Part shown: one piece after another, positions 37,651 to 50,640 of the stretch
Numbering within the stretch: position 1 is the stretch's first letter
Layout: each line of letters begins with the position of its first letter
NCBI RefSeq assembly: GCF_006345805.1
Contig: NC_043005.1
Coordinates: forward strand, 14,632,001 to 14,696,000
Origin: Octopus sinensis
Lineage: Eukaryota
Length of the DNA stretch: 64,000 nucleotides
Reading direction: 5' to 3'
Position numbers and translations under genes: made by a program
The notes under the pieces: generated by a model
Databases searched by the model: none
What the model saw: the letters and a program-made list of their open reading frames with translations, nothing else
Told to the model about the DNA's origin: nothing

Positions 37651-38169
37651 GTAACAACACTAACAACAGCAGCAGCGGCCCTAGCAGAAACCCCAGCATA
37701 AGCTCAACTAATGACACCTCTGATAGCAGTAAGCAACAGCAATAGTATTACCAATGCTACCACCCCCCCACCTTCACCAACACCAACAGCTCCAGCAACG
37801 GCACAGTTAACAACAACAGCAGCAGCAGCTTGGTGATGCAGTGAAAACATGGAAAACAAGAAACACACAAACAATCAAAAAAAGAAACATACGACTCATG
37901 AAATTTTACAGGAAAATAAATTACCAACCCACATGATATAGCTGGCAGAATCGTTAGCACGTCGGGTGGAATGCTTTGCGGTAGTATTCGGCTGCTGTTA
38001 CGTTGTGCGTCAAATTCCGCCGAGGTCGACTTTGCCTTTCATCCTTTCGGGGTCGATTAAATAAATACCAGTTACGCATTGGGGTCGATGTAATCGACTT
38101 AATCCGTTTGTCTGTCCTTGTTTGTCCTCTCTGTGTTTAGCCTCTTGTGGGTAGTAAAGAATAGATATA

Positions 38170-39250
38170 GCCTGTGCCTTCAATAATTACTTCTCTAATA
38201 TAGCTACAAACCTTAACAATCAAATCCCCCCTATCCTCCAGCCCCCATGTTCTACATGGGCCCTAGTAACCCGAATTTCTTCTTTGCATTTTCTTCTTCC
38301 CCAGACGAAGTAAGATCCGTTATAAACTCCCTCAAAAATAAACCAGACTCAAATGAAGTATCCCTTCATATATTTACAAACATCTGTTGACATAATCAAC
38401 TTACTATTAGCAATGCTCTTTTCTGAATTAGTTGCTCAAGGCATATTCCCTAACTCTCTAAAAATGGCATGTGGTCATTCCAGTCTATAAAACAGGTTGG
38501 CTTTAGAGAAAACTTAAGTACTGCTGATGCAATCCTTGAATTCTAGATCATGCCAACAGTTCGCTAAACATCTCTAATACTTCCTTGCACTTTACTTAGA
38601 TATCAGTAAAGCATTCGATTCTGTACATTCAGATATATTGTTGGTTTAGATCGTACCTCTCACAGCGCCAAACAGTATGTTTCTGTTCAAACATCAAAAT
38701 CACCATTATCTACTATAAATCTAGGAGTCCCCCAGGGGTCCGTACGGGCCCATTACTAATTTATGAAATTTTCTACACTTTGCTGATGACGCTCTACTAT
38801 TTTATTAGTCACCAGGCCTTCCCTCCCTATTCAATACAATTAATTCAGAACTGGACAGGGGTTATCAATGGCTTATCGCTAACTGGCTTACCCTTGATAT
38901 AAAAAAATGAGCTGTTCCATGCTTTCTCCACAAAGCCCAACAGCTTCTGACTAATGTCCTCACCACAGGTAAAGCAATTTCACATGTAACATCAACAAAA
39001 TTTCTCAGCATTCATATTGATGAGTCACTCAGTTTGAAAACACATATAAGCAATTTAGAAAACAAAATACCCGTACTCTTGGTATGTTAAATAGAATTTC
39101 TTACCTCTTCCTGAAAATGTTAGAATTATTCTTACTGTTCTTTAAAATACTCAAAATTCTGTTACTGCGTTGCTGCCAGACTTAAAGAGATTTACTTTAT
39201 ATACATTATGACCGCCTTGCTTGCATGCAAAGGATATGTATTTTTTGGGG
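38170..39250 (+). mobile_element. Decayed CR1/L2-like LINE RT
   Basis: GFRENLSTADAIL (~38497), LDISKAFDSV (~38596), GVPQGSV (~38724), FADD (~38779). Confidence 0.75.
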
Positions 39251-39698
39251 TTTTTTTATACAATTATTGACCTTTTTATTTTTTGACCTCCTACCAACTT
39301 GCCCAAATCAGCCAAGCTGCCAAAGTGCTTAATCCGATTTTTTACGCAATTTCTGAAAAAAAGTTGTTGTAATCTTTACTTATTGTAATCGATAAAAAAA
39401 ATATTCATGTAAATTAGATTAATAAATTTAATGAGAATAAATTTAATATATATTTCTGTGGTTTGCCGTGGAGGGACTAATCTGATACTGGGTGCTGAGG
39501 TGTCATCCAACCGTCATCTTGCATGGGAATAGAGTCATTACTTTTACTACTCGCTTGAGGAGTTGGTGTGTTACTTTGGCTTCCTTTTCTAGAGTCTTGA
39601 GGTGTTGATGTGTGACTTTGGCTTCTTTTCTAGAGCCTTGAGGTGTTGATGTGTGACCTTGGCTTGAGTTTTTTTTCAGCATCTGGTACCTGCAACAG

Positions 39699-39805
<107 letters not shown>

Positions 39806-40108
39806 CATATAACATAAATACATACATGCATACATATGTGTATGCATACATACACACATACATACGTACATATATATGACGAACTAACTGTACTTCTCAG
39901 AATGCAGCACAGATTTTTGTCAGTGAACAGGTCGCGGATTTTAGCGACGAAAATATTTTGACAAATTAAACTTAAATGTTGAAGTGAATCAAACGGCTTT
40001 TGTGTGTTTCTTAAATGGCTTACAAACACCTTCCACGCTGCAATTGTTTTTCGTTTCAGCACACGATCTCAGATCAAATTACTTGCTATGCGAGTACATC
40101 TCTGTAAG

Positions 40109-40160
<52 letters not shown>

Positions 40161-40199
40161 GATGATGATGATGGGTGAGGGTAAGTGTGTGTGTGTGTG

Positions 40200-40830
40200 T
40201 ATACAGAATAGATTTCCTTAAATGTCTGGGGAATTCTTAGGTGTAGTAGATAAAATCTGTTACCTTGGTAACTAAGTTAGCAATGAAGGAGGATGTTCTG
40301 AAAGCCTACTTGCTAGAATAAGAATAGGCTGGGCAAAGTTTGGGTAAGTACTACCTTTGTTCGTCACAAGGGGCCTCCCCGTCACTGTGAAAGGCAGAAT
40401 GTATGATGCCTGTGTAAGAAAGAACTATGCTCATGGCAGTGAAGCATGGGTTGTGGCTACAAAGGAGATACGGATGCCTGAAAGGAATGAAACCAGCATG
40501 CTCCACTGGATGGGTAATGTCAGTGTTGCATGTATAACCGAGTGTAAGTGATTTGAGAGGAATATTTGGATATGAGCGGCAACAGCTGTTGTGTGCAAGA
40601 GAGGAGACTGCACTGGTATGATCATGTGATGTGTATGGACAAGGACCATGCATAAGGGAGTAATGATCTGAAACTGGTGGGAAGCTGAAGAAGGGATAGA
40701 CCCAAGAAGATTTGGGGTGAAGTGGTGAGAACTGATCTGATGTTGAACACTCACAGAGGAGATGACAAGGGACCAAGACATCTGGCAAGTTTGCAGTAAA
40801 CCATGGCCATCCCTACATGCAGGCATGTCC
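40200..40830 (+). mobile_element. RTE LINE 3' coding remnant
   Basis: RIRIGWAKF...KGRMYDACVR..HGSEAW...LHWYDHVM..GRPKKIW motifs. Confidence 0.75.
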
Positions 40831-41759
40831 TTTACAACTGTGCATTCTCCCTTCCCCACACACACACATAATGTGTCCTCTGTCAAACTGCCCCACGACC
40901 CATCTTCCCAACACTCTCACCACCTGTCGCAGGACTCTCCCCCTCCTCTCCCTCACATGCTTATTGGCACACTCCGTGCCCTTGTATTTATCTACAACAT
41001 CCCCCTCCCAGTCACTCACCAGTTATCTCTTCTCCCTATCTCCTCACACTCTTATGGAACATCCCCCTCTATCCCCTTTCTCCTACTTATACTCCCCACA
41101 GCACTGTTCCCTGTGGGTAGTTCCCAATACTTCTCCAACACCATCTACTTGTCTCTCTCCCTCTCTCTCTATCTTACTTTCTCTCCAACTCCTTCCTACC
41201 TTTCTCTCCTCCCAAGTCTTACTGAAGCAGCAAGTGTCCCCTTTATAGTAACACAACTATCTCTGTCCAGCTATTATACTCTAACCTCTTGCCTGGTACA
41301 CGATCACTTTCCTCAGTTCCACTCCATTCTCTAATTTTGCAACCTATTTGGCAACCCCACTGGTACTGGTGCCACATAGAAAGCACCTGTACTGATGTCA
41401 CAAAAAAAGTACACATGTTAAAGTGGTTGGCATTAGGAAAGGCATCCAGCCATTTTACAGCTGGATGCCCGTCCATACTAGAATAGACAATTGAAGCCTG
41501 GTTTAGCCCTCTGGCTTCCCAGCTCTAGTCAAACCCTCTAATCCATGCCATCATAGAAAACAAATGTTTGACAATGATAATGATGATGATGACGATATAA
41601 TTGGATATAAATTTCTCTCTCTCGCCCCTTCTTGCCATACACATGTGCACACAAACACACACACATATATATGTAACTATGTAGAAGACAAGTCAGAGGT
41701 GTATCCAACTGTGGCTGACCAGTCTGATGCTTGCTCAGAAGACTCTGTTGCAGGTCAGG

Positions 41760-42310
41760 CACTGGTGACCTACTGAGACTGAAAGCAAAAATTGGGCTCT
41801 GAGCTTTTGCAGTCCATGCTTTCTTTATGCCCTGCAATCCTGTTCTCTTTGTAAGAGGTTGAACCTCTGTTGGTGCATATTTGTCAGGCTGGACAGTGTT
41901 GTCTTTGCATTTCTTACGGATCAGGATTGGTCTCAAAGCTCTTCAGTGAGCCTTTGCTTATGTTCTTCAAGCACTTTTTCTGTCTGACTTGTGTGCCCTT
42001 GCCTTCTGCCAGTTCACTGTGAAACAGTCTCTTTGAGAGTCTCATGTCAGTCACCAGGACAAAGTGACCTACACACCTGACTTGCACTTCCTTAGCTAGA
42101 GAGCTTAAGAGAAGACCAATGCATCTGTTAAACTTGTCTTTCCTGTTAATTTTCAACAGCTTTTTTCAAGCAGTTTATGTGGAAGCGTCTAGCTTTTTGG
42201 CATTGGTTCATAAACCACCCAAGTGTCGTAGGCATACAGCAGCTTAAGGCAGTACAACTGCTTAGTACAGCTTCAACTGGGTGGTTAGCCTAATGCCTCT
42301 CCTCTCCGAC
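41760..42310 (-). mobile_element. RTE LINE 3' remnant
   Basis: AVVLP.L, RLSKRLFHSELAEG, C-terminal CLTCNRVF zinc-finger-like motif. Confidence 0.65.
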
Positions 42311-42559
42311 ACTGATCATGCATCTGCCCGAATATTGAGTTATGTTAGTGTGTGTGTATAATAAAGAAATAGATAGAGAGATAGACAAATAAACAGGTAG
42401 ACGACAGATAGATAGATATATGTACATACATTGATACATAAGTACACACATGCATGCACGCATATACATACATACATAGATGATGATGACAGTTGACTTA
42501 ATAAATGAGTATAGCTTACTAAATAGATTATATCACAGCATACATGTTGGAGAATTATA

Positions 42560-43900
42560 ATGACTCTTGGATCGCGCCAAAGACTTAAGGAACTTGTTGC
42601 AGATTTGACATCCATCCATACGAATTCTTCTGACTTCTTGGCTATTCCAGATCAATCATATGATTTTCTCTGTGCACCCTTGTGTGCTGGAGAAAGTCTG
42701 AGTGATTTATTGATGTTTACTAGTGGGCAATGCATGTACGGTGTCCCCAGCAAGAAAGTCATCATAGTTTGAAAACAGGTCCTTCTGCATGGCTTTTCTG
42801 GTGGCTCACAACAAGGGTAGCAAAGAGCTCAAGAATCTCATGAAGCAAACCTTTGGATCAAGAGTGCCAACTGTGTCTCCTTTCTGCCCTAAAGATGGAA
42901 AGAAGCTTTGCACTAGCCTGAGATGATCTCAAACGAAATCATATGATTTTCTCTGTGCACCCTTGTGTGCTGGAGAAAGTCTGAGTGATTTATTGATGTT
43001 TACTAGTGGGCAATGCATGTACGGTTGTCCCCAGCAAGAAAGTCATCATAGTTTGAAACAGGTCCTTCTGCATGGCTTTTCTGGTGGCTCACAACAAGGG
43101 TAGCAAAGAGCTCAAGAATCTCATGAAGCAAACCTTTGGATCAAGAGTGCCAACTGTGTCTCCTTTCTGCCCTAAAGATGGAAAAGAGCTTTGCACTAGC
43201 CTTGAGATGATCTCAAACCGATGGGAAGAACACTTCTCTGTTCTGTTCAGTAAAGTAAAATCAGCCATTGATCTGCCAAATATTGGCAAGGTGGCTGTCA
43301 AGGCAGCTGGTTGGCAAAGCTGCTGCATGGCAGGACAGCAGACTGGCAAGTTTACTGGCTGGTAAGGCAGCTAGATGGCAAGGCAACTGGATGGCAAGGC
43401 AGCTGGCTAACAGAGCAGATGGCTGGCAAGGATGGTGTTTCTGCTGAGATCTATTGTCATGGTAGAGAGAACGTGGTGCTCCTTATGCAAAGGTTCATAT
43501 GCAACATCTCGGCAGCTGGTGCAATACCTAAAGACTGGTGAGTCCCTATCTGATACCTTTGTAAAAGACAAGGGACCACATAAGAGCTGTGAAAAACACT
43601 GTGGCATTGCTTTTGACAGCGACAGGGGAAATCGTTGCTACAATACTTCTGACAAGGCTAAATGTCCACACACCCAGATTGGATCTTACCAGAATCCCAA
43701 TGAGGCTTCAGATGAAACCCAAGTAGAAGAGGTATGATATTGATGAAAAGTTCAGGGAAAGTGTTTGAACAACAACAAAGCCTCTCACAAGTGTTTGTTG
43801 ATCTAACAAAAGTTTTGGACGTTATACACTGTGAATCACTTTAGGTGATCCTCAGGCATCTCAGCTGGTGCCCTGATAACTTTGTGATATTGGTACAGTA
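42560..43900 (+). mobile_element. RTE LINE RT remnant with a 283-bp tandem duplication
   Basis: RWEEHFSVL, AGKDGVSAEIY, FVDLTKVLD motifs; 42654-42936 is repeated at 42937-43220. Confidence 0.7.
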
Positions 43901-43983
43901 ATATGATATGCAAGATTCTGTAAATGGGATTATTACACACATACATAAATACATTACATACGGACATATGTCACACACATTAC

Positions 43984-44580
<597 letters not shown>

Positions 44581-44677
44581 ACATACATCTAATATAGGAT
44601 AAAATTTTTTCGAAAAAAAAAATTTTATCAATGCCCAGCATATTAAAAAAATACCTTTAAAGGTTAAATTTATAAAG

Positions 44678-44834
44678 AACTTATAAACAAGAGCAAAAGA
44701 AAAAAAAATTCTAACGCCAAATATGCCGAAATAGACTTAATCATCAATAACCATATAATATATGGTTATTGATGATTAAGTCTATTTTGGCATATTTGGC
44801 ATTAGAAATTTTTTCTTTTGCCCTTGTTTATAAG

Positions 44835-44836
<2 letters not shown>
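44678..44836. repeat. ~78-bp-arm palindrome (PLE-like inverted tail)
   Basis: aacttataaacaagagcaaaag...aataaccatat-ata-atatggttatt...cttttgcccttgtttataagtt, with a few transitions and an indel. Confidence 0.9.
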
Positions 44837-44879
<43 letters not shown>

Positions 44880-44929
44880 AAAAATGAAGTTTGAAAATGC
44901 TGCTATATTAGACAAATTTTAATTTTAAT

Positions 44930-44974
44930 TTTTAACATGTTTCGGTTCTTGAAATGACGAACCTTATCAAAAAA
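44930..44974 (-). ncRNA. Minimal type-I hammerhead motif with U3-A8 core
   Basis: uuuu-UUGAUAA-gguuc(gucauuucaa)gaacc-GAAAC-AU-GUU-aaaa; palindromic AACAUGUU stem III. Confidence 0.6.
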
Positions 44975-45489
44975 CATTATATATAATAAAGAGAGTTCAT
45001 GCTATATTTTTAAAGAGTATGATGTATAGTTCATAATTGTGACATATATTCAATAGAGACAAATATAAAAAATTCATATATAATTCAATAGAGTCAAATA
45101 TAAACATTCATGTTCTTGAAAAAGCGAGGAGTTCATTTTAGATTGACCTTGTGTTCCAATGGAGCAACAATAATGATTTTTGGTTGGTGTCTGTTCGTAT
45201 AATTTTGGTGAATTTTGTGATTGTTGGGTTTATATCAGCTCAGCTTAGCTGTGGTCACTTGAACTGTTCACTGACGTCATATAGTTCCAAACCAATCAAA
45301 ACCCAGTCTCAACGAATATATCCTGTTAGGAACCAACCAAGCGGAACGACAGTTTGGCCACGGAAGAAATACGTCATCATTTTTTTGACGAATCGAAATT
45401 AGATCTGACCCAATGACTGTATCCTGTTATACATATATACACATTACATATATATATATAATATATATATACATTACACACACACACAT

Positions 45490-46500
45490 TATATCCGTCT
45501 TCCCTTCCTTGGACTTTTCCTTTTTTCAATATTTCTGACGAAGAGCTCCGCTTGGAATGTTAAATCCTCCTTCTTTCTTTCCTTTCCTGAGCATCCAATA
45601 ACACTATACTTGTTCCACGTCCTCGCGTTGAATGTGTTTTCTCCTTTCCTGTTCATGTTGGATTAACTATATATACTGCACGCTCACACGAACCTCGGCC
45701 TTCTGACGACTTTGGATAACAAATTTCTGGAATTTTTGACACCTGCAGATACTGTAACTGTTACCATCACATTCAGTACGTACGGCCACTCTAAATTGTC
45801 ACCCACCCATTCACGCTTCATTATTAATCTCACCACCAACTCCACAACTTCCTCAACCCATCACCTCCTTCCCCTCCCACAACCCCTACACCTTCCCCTT
45901 CAGCTACCTCCCCCTACCCACGTCGAGCGCTCGCTCCTCAGTAGGGGACTCCGTTTCACGCCTCTCATGCACCACTGTGCCGAATTTGAGACCCGCACTG
46001 ACGTCAGCCAGTTCTACACCGCATCAAACAATGCGTGTTTTTCAACAATCTACACGTCATGACAATCAGAATTGCTTTTCGGAGCTGGACGCCGCCTCCA
46101 GGCCAATTCAGTAGCCTACACTGTTCGTGCACAACTGCAATGCATTGATCAACTGATTTAATTTCAAAAAAGGAACCCTCCGAGCCAACCTCACCCGTGT
46201 TGAATCGATTGCCCTTCGCGACCTCCATCGCTGCGACAACATCGTCATCAAACTGGCAGACAAAGGTGGGAGCAGAGTGGTCGTGCGACGCATAGACCTA
46301 TACAGAGAGGAAGCACTTAGCCAACTTCAAAATCCCCTCTTCTATTGCCTCCTCCCCTCCGACCCACCCCTCCAACACAGCTAGTGTCCTCCACCATCCA
46401 TGACCTTATCTTCTCTTCTGTTCACCCCCTCACTGCCACCTACCTTCTCTAAATACATAATCTCAACAACCCTGGTCGCCCTATCGTTTCTGCCTTGTTA
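45490..46500 (+). mobile_element. Penelope-like element 5' part: terminal repeat with decayed hammerhead (45531-45565) plus RT N-terminus
   Basis: LLSRGLRFTP, NLTRVESIALRDL...IVIKLADKGGSRVVV, NPGRPIVSA motifs; attt-CTGACGA-agagc(tcc)gctt-GGAATGTT-aaat upstream. Confidence 0.85.
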
Positions 46501-46929
46501 ATTAGAGCTCAGCACTTCTTTATGCAGCTGTCCTCATCCATATATGCATCGCATGCATTAGTGAAATGAACAAAGGAAAGAAAGAAGATATTGAAATACT
46601 GATGGGGTTTACCTGTTAATTTTATACATGTGTGTGTCACATATATTTATACATAATAAATGAATAATAACATATGATGGAGAATTGTTAGCTATTAAGG
46701 TATTTCTCATGTAACTTTTAACAGAAAGAATGAGAACATTCCATTATTATTAAAGACCGTGATCATTAGAAGAGAAGTAATTTAACAAACAAACAAATAT
46801 CCTAAGAATATAGCAGGGATGTGGCTGAAGTCTGTTGAGGCCAACTATGAAATGGTGTATGTGTGATGTATGTTTGTACGTACGTATGTATTATTGTAGT
46901 CATTGATAAAAGAGTAGAGTGAACTTGCT

Positions 46930-47620
46930 GAAAGGGGTGGGAAACCAAACATTTCAGACACAAGGAAAAACGTTCAGTATAAAACTGTCGGTGACTGGGT
47001 TCCAGGTTCAAATATGAAACGTTGTTGCTTTCTGTTTTCTTGAGAAAGTGGATCCGTGGCGTGTATCAATGCCAGATATTGATACATACCATGGAATGCC
47101 TGTAGTGTTGGGGGTGGTGACAGGTTGGTCCCAGCAAATGAAGTACATGGCTTTAAATATGCTCCCGAAGTGATCAGCAAGGTGTCAGCCTGTTTCCCCA
47201 ATGTGCCATAAAGGTTGTCACACAATTTGCAGGTGATGCAATATTTAAGGTTAGAAGTTCTGTGTAATAGGATGTTGTCTCTTAGGCCCAGTGATGGTTG
47301 TAGTATTGTTAATATAGAGACAGGAGTTGCATCGCTGGCAAACACATTAATAAGTGCCTTCTTGCCTGGGGCTGGCCAATGTGGGGCTTCTTACTGGAAG
47401 ATTTATGGGATGCTCATCTTGGTGTAAGGATCAGAGAGTAGAATACGGAAGGGTTGCAGTGGTGTTTATCTGTGAAAAGGAGGAGAAGAGACTGGAAGAT
47501 TTCTGGGATCAGAGAGTAGATACGGAAGGGTTGCGGTGGTGTTTATCTGTGAAAGGGAGAAAGACAGGTGGAAAGTGAGAGAGAGGAGTGGAATATAGTT
47601 TGTGGCCATGCATAAAGATG
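46930..47620 (-). mobile_element. Penelope-like element 3' part (GIY-YIG endonuclease remnant)
   Basis: TSNLKYCITCKLCDNLY...RKQQRFIFEPGTQSP motifs. Confidence 0.75.
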
Positions 47621-47756
47621 GTAGGAGAATATCACATATATCCACACACATACACACACACACAAAGACTTTGGTAATGTCCTCTTTACTATATTTTAGA
47701 GAAACACACAGACAATACAAACACATATAAGCATACAGATTCACACACATAGACAC

Positions 47757-47808
<52 letters not shown>

Positions 47809-47959
47809 GAAATATATGAGAGTAAAGATAAATAATATATAAGATTTACCTGATACTGACAATGATGACGATGATGAACAACAATACTGTGAAGAGTGAA
47901 AAGAGGCCAACAACTAAAGAAGAAAAGAATAAGACATTCAGTGAAACATTATTTATGTA

Positions 47960-48789
47960 CGAGGAGGTAGAGGGGGTAGCCAAAAGAAACTGGAATTTTG
48001 CAGTATTATTTATTCATTTAGTTTTACATGTTTACATTTTTATGACCTTCAAAGTATTCTCCATTTCAATCAATGCATCAGTCCAGGGTCGTTCCACTGT
48101 TGGAAGCAGTCCTGGAACTCTTCTAAAGTGATGCCTTTTAATATCTCCATCGTTTTTTTTCTTCACCTTTTCAGCATCTGCAAATTCTGTAGCACCAGCT
48201 TCATCACCAGTGATGAACTTTAAAAAAAAAAGTCCACATCAACTTGCAACTCTTCTTTCAGCTGATGACATTCATTCAGTTGTGACTTCTTTTCATCTTC
48301 TCTGAGCAAGTGAGCCACAAATTTTACTGTAACTCTTTACATTCCTAATTCCTCCCTCAAAGTTTGTGACAGCAGCTCCAGAACAAACCAGTTATATCAA
48401 AAAGTTTGTCAATGTTTTGGTGCCTGTCCTCCAAGATCAGTTCATGAATTTTCAGGATGTTTCATTCATTCAAGAGGGTGGACAGTCACCCTGAACAAGG
48501 TTGCTCTTCAAGTGACGAGTGACCATCCTAAACCACTTGTAAACTTATGTTTTGCTAATGGCAGCCTCTTTGTAAGCTGTTTGAAGCATGACACTGTTTC
48601 GGCTGCCATTTTCCCAGTAGAAATCGATGAATAGGAGAGAATCACTGCAAAACAGTACGACCTCACTCAATGACACCAGTGGCAGACTGATGCCTGAGGG
48701 TCACATAAAGTGGCTTCTATTGGCAGAAGCCTGGACTACAACTGGCTTGTCTACAGAGAGCGTTTCTGGTTCTTTTGGGTACCTCCTCG
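47960..48789 (-). mobile_element. Internally deleted mariner with both TIRs and TA TSD
   Basis: TA|cgaggaggta...ccaaaagaaactgg / ctggttcttttgggtacctcctcg|TA; minus strand has KFITGDE followed closely by EEFQDCFQQW. Confidence 0.85.
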
Positions 48790-49668
48790 TATATTTAACT
48801 GAAAGCTAATATATTTAATGTAATAATCAAAAACAAATCTATCATTTAAATACTAATGTGATTTTGAAAAATTAATTGGTTTTATGACAAATGCTGTCAA
48901 AATTGAGAGAGACAATTTCAAGATTAAAAGATAAAAAAAATTGGAGAAATGCCATAGGAAGTGAGTCTGGTCATGGTAAGTATGGGTGATAACTCTAGTT
49001 ATGTTTTGGTCTTATTAGACCTCTTCATTGCACCATGACACAATCATGAGAAAAAATGCACAAACCTTGCTTACATTCATTGGAGGGAAGTGAGGAACTC
49101 TCTAAAGAAAGAAGGAGGAAAACTGTAAGGGGCCTTCTCCATCATTCACTTGTATTCTATCACAGAATCATTACATGAGTGGACTTTTGACTTGGAAAAT
49201 TTTCAAATATGATTTTCAGAGTTTAATTGACAAATTATTTGCTAAATTCTTCATTATTTTCAAAGTAGATTTGAACAAAGAAGATTATTTGAATAGAAAT
49301 ATTATAAGATTAGGGTTAAACTCTTTCAGACATTTATGTGTAGGCAAATTAAATTTAGACTTGAGTTTTGATAAAAGATTCCTCCCAGTTATAAAAATCT
49401 TGTTTGAGAGGCATTAGCTAATATCCATAGCTAAATCAGCCATGACAGAACGTGACCCAGGCATTAGGTGGATACTATTCCAGTGATACTCAGAGAATAA
49501 TTACAAAGTTCTGTTCTCCAAATTCACTTGTAGAGTATTGGTTTGTCGTCGGTCCAGGGCTATAGTGAGTTCATCAGTTCAGACTATGGTGTTGTGCAGC
49601 TGGACTGAATGTAATACCATGTGTGTGGTTGCAAGATGAAAAATTTACAAAAGATATAAAATAATTAC

Positions 49669-49710
49669 CTATTTTCAGAATCAGCTGTGTTACATTGGGT
49701 TGGCTTTTCA
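49669..49710 (-). CDS. Candidate 42-nt exon of the minus-strand gene
   Basis: tttttttattaatttttag| acceptor, AG|GTAATT donor; open in phase 1 to 1 and phase 2 to 2. Confidence 0.35.
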
Positions 49711-50170
49711 CTAAAAATTAATAAAAAAAGTAATGATAAAAAAAAAATAAAAATTGACAAAAATATCTGAAACACTGAAACATATTATTGAGTTGCTGTT
49801 TCTCAGTCATAAACTCCATGAACTTAAATATTCCATCACCTGAACTCTGCAATGGAAAATCCAAATGATTTTATCCTGCATTCTGGGACGTTACCAAGGA
49901 AGTCACTTCCTAACTGGATTTCTTCTGAGTTGCCTGTTCACTACATATACACCCAACCATTTTATGTTTGTATATGTGATGAAAATATGTGTGTATGTCT
50001 GTCTCTGTATGTGTACATGTGTGCCTTCCTTTACTGATGTGATGTCTAACATTAAAGTACACAAAATGTAAACAAGACGTGTTCCCATATACCCATACCT
50101 TTTCTTAGTGGTTAAATTCTATCAACCTCTCATTCTTATCTTTGCTTTCTTCTTTTATTTGAATTCATAC

Positions 50171-50196
50171 TCTGCATAATCATTCTTCAAACGTAT
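50171..50196 (-). CDS. Candidate micro-exon IRLKNDYA (or a terminal IRLKNDYAEYEFK*)
   Basis: atcatcatttcag| acceptor; phase 0 matches the end of the 51949-52178 exon; GA|GTATGA donor would give phase 2. Confidence 0.3.
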
Positions 50197-50229
50197 CTGA
50201 AATGATGATTTGAAATATTATTTACAGAT

Positions 50230-50640
50230 GCCAGGACCCCTGGACTGGAGATACGTTAAAAAGCACTATCCGAATCGTGGCCGATGCCAGCGCCGCCTCG
50301 AACTGGCTTCCATGCCGGTGGCACGTAAAAAGCACCATCCGAATCGTGGGCCGAAACCAGTGCGCCTTGACTGGTTTCCGTGCAGGTGCCACGTAAAAAT
50401 GCACCAATCCGACCATGGCCGATGCCAGCCTCGCCTGGCACCAGTGCAGTGGCATGTAAAAAGCACCCACTACACTCACGGAGTGGTTGCGCGTTGGAAG
50501 GGCATCCAGCTGTAGAAACATTGCCAGATAAGACTGGAGCATGGTGCAGCCTTCTGCTTTCCCAGATCCCCGGTCGAACCGTCCAACCCATGCTAGCATG
50601 GGAGACGGACGGTAAACGATGATGATGATGATGATGATGA
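50230..50640 (+). mobile_element. RTE 3' UTR copy with (GAT)n tail
   Basis: gtgccggtggcacgtaaaaagcacc-type units, catgctagcatgg, (GAT)n. Confidence 0.8.

Noticed and set aside
48627-48809. 60-aa plus ORF with exon-like flanks
   Set aside because: It lies antisense within the mariner derivative and crosses its TIR.
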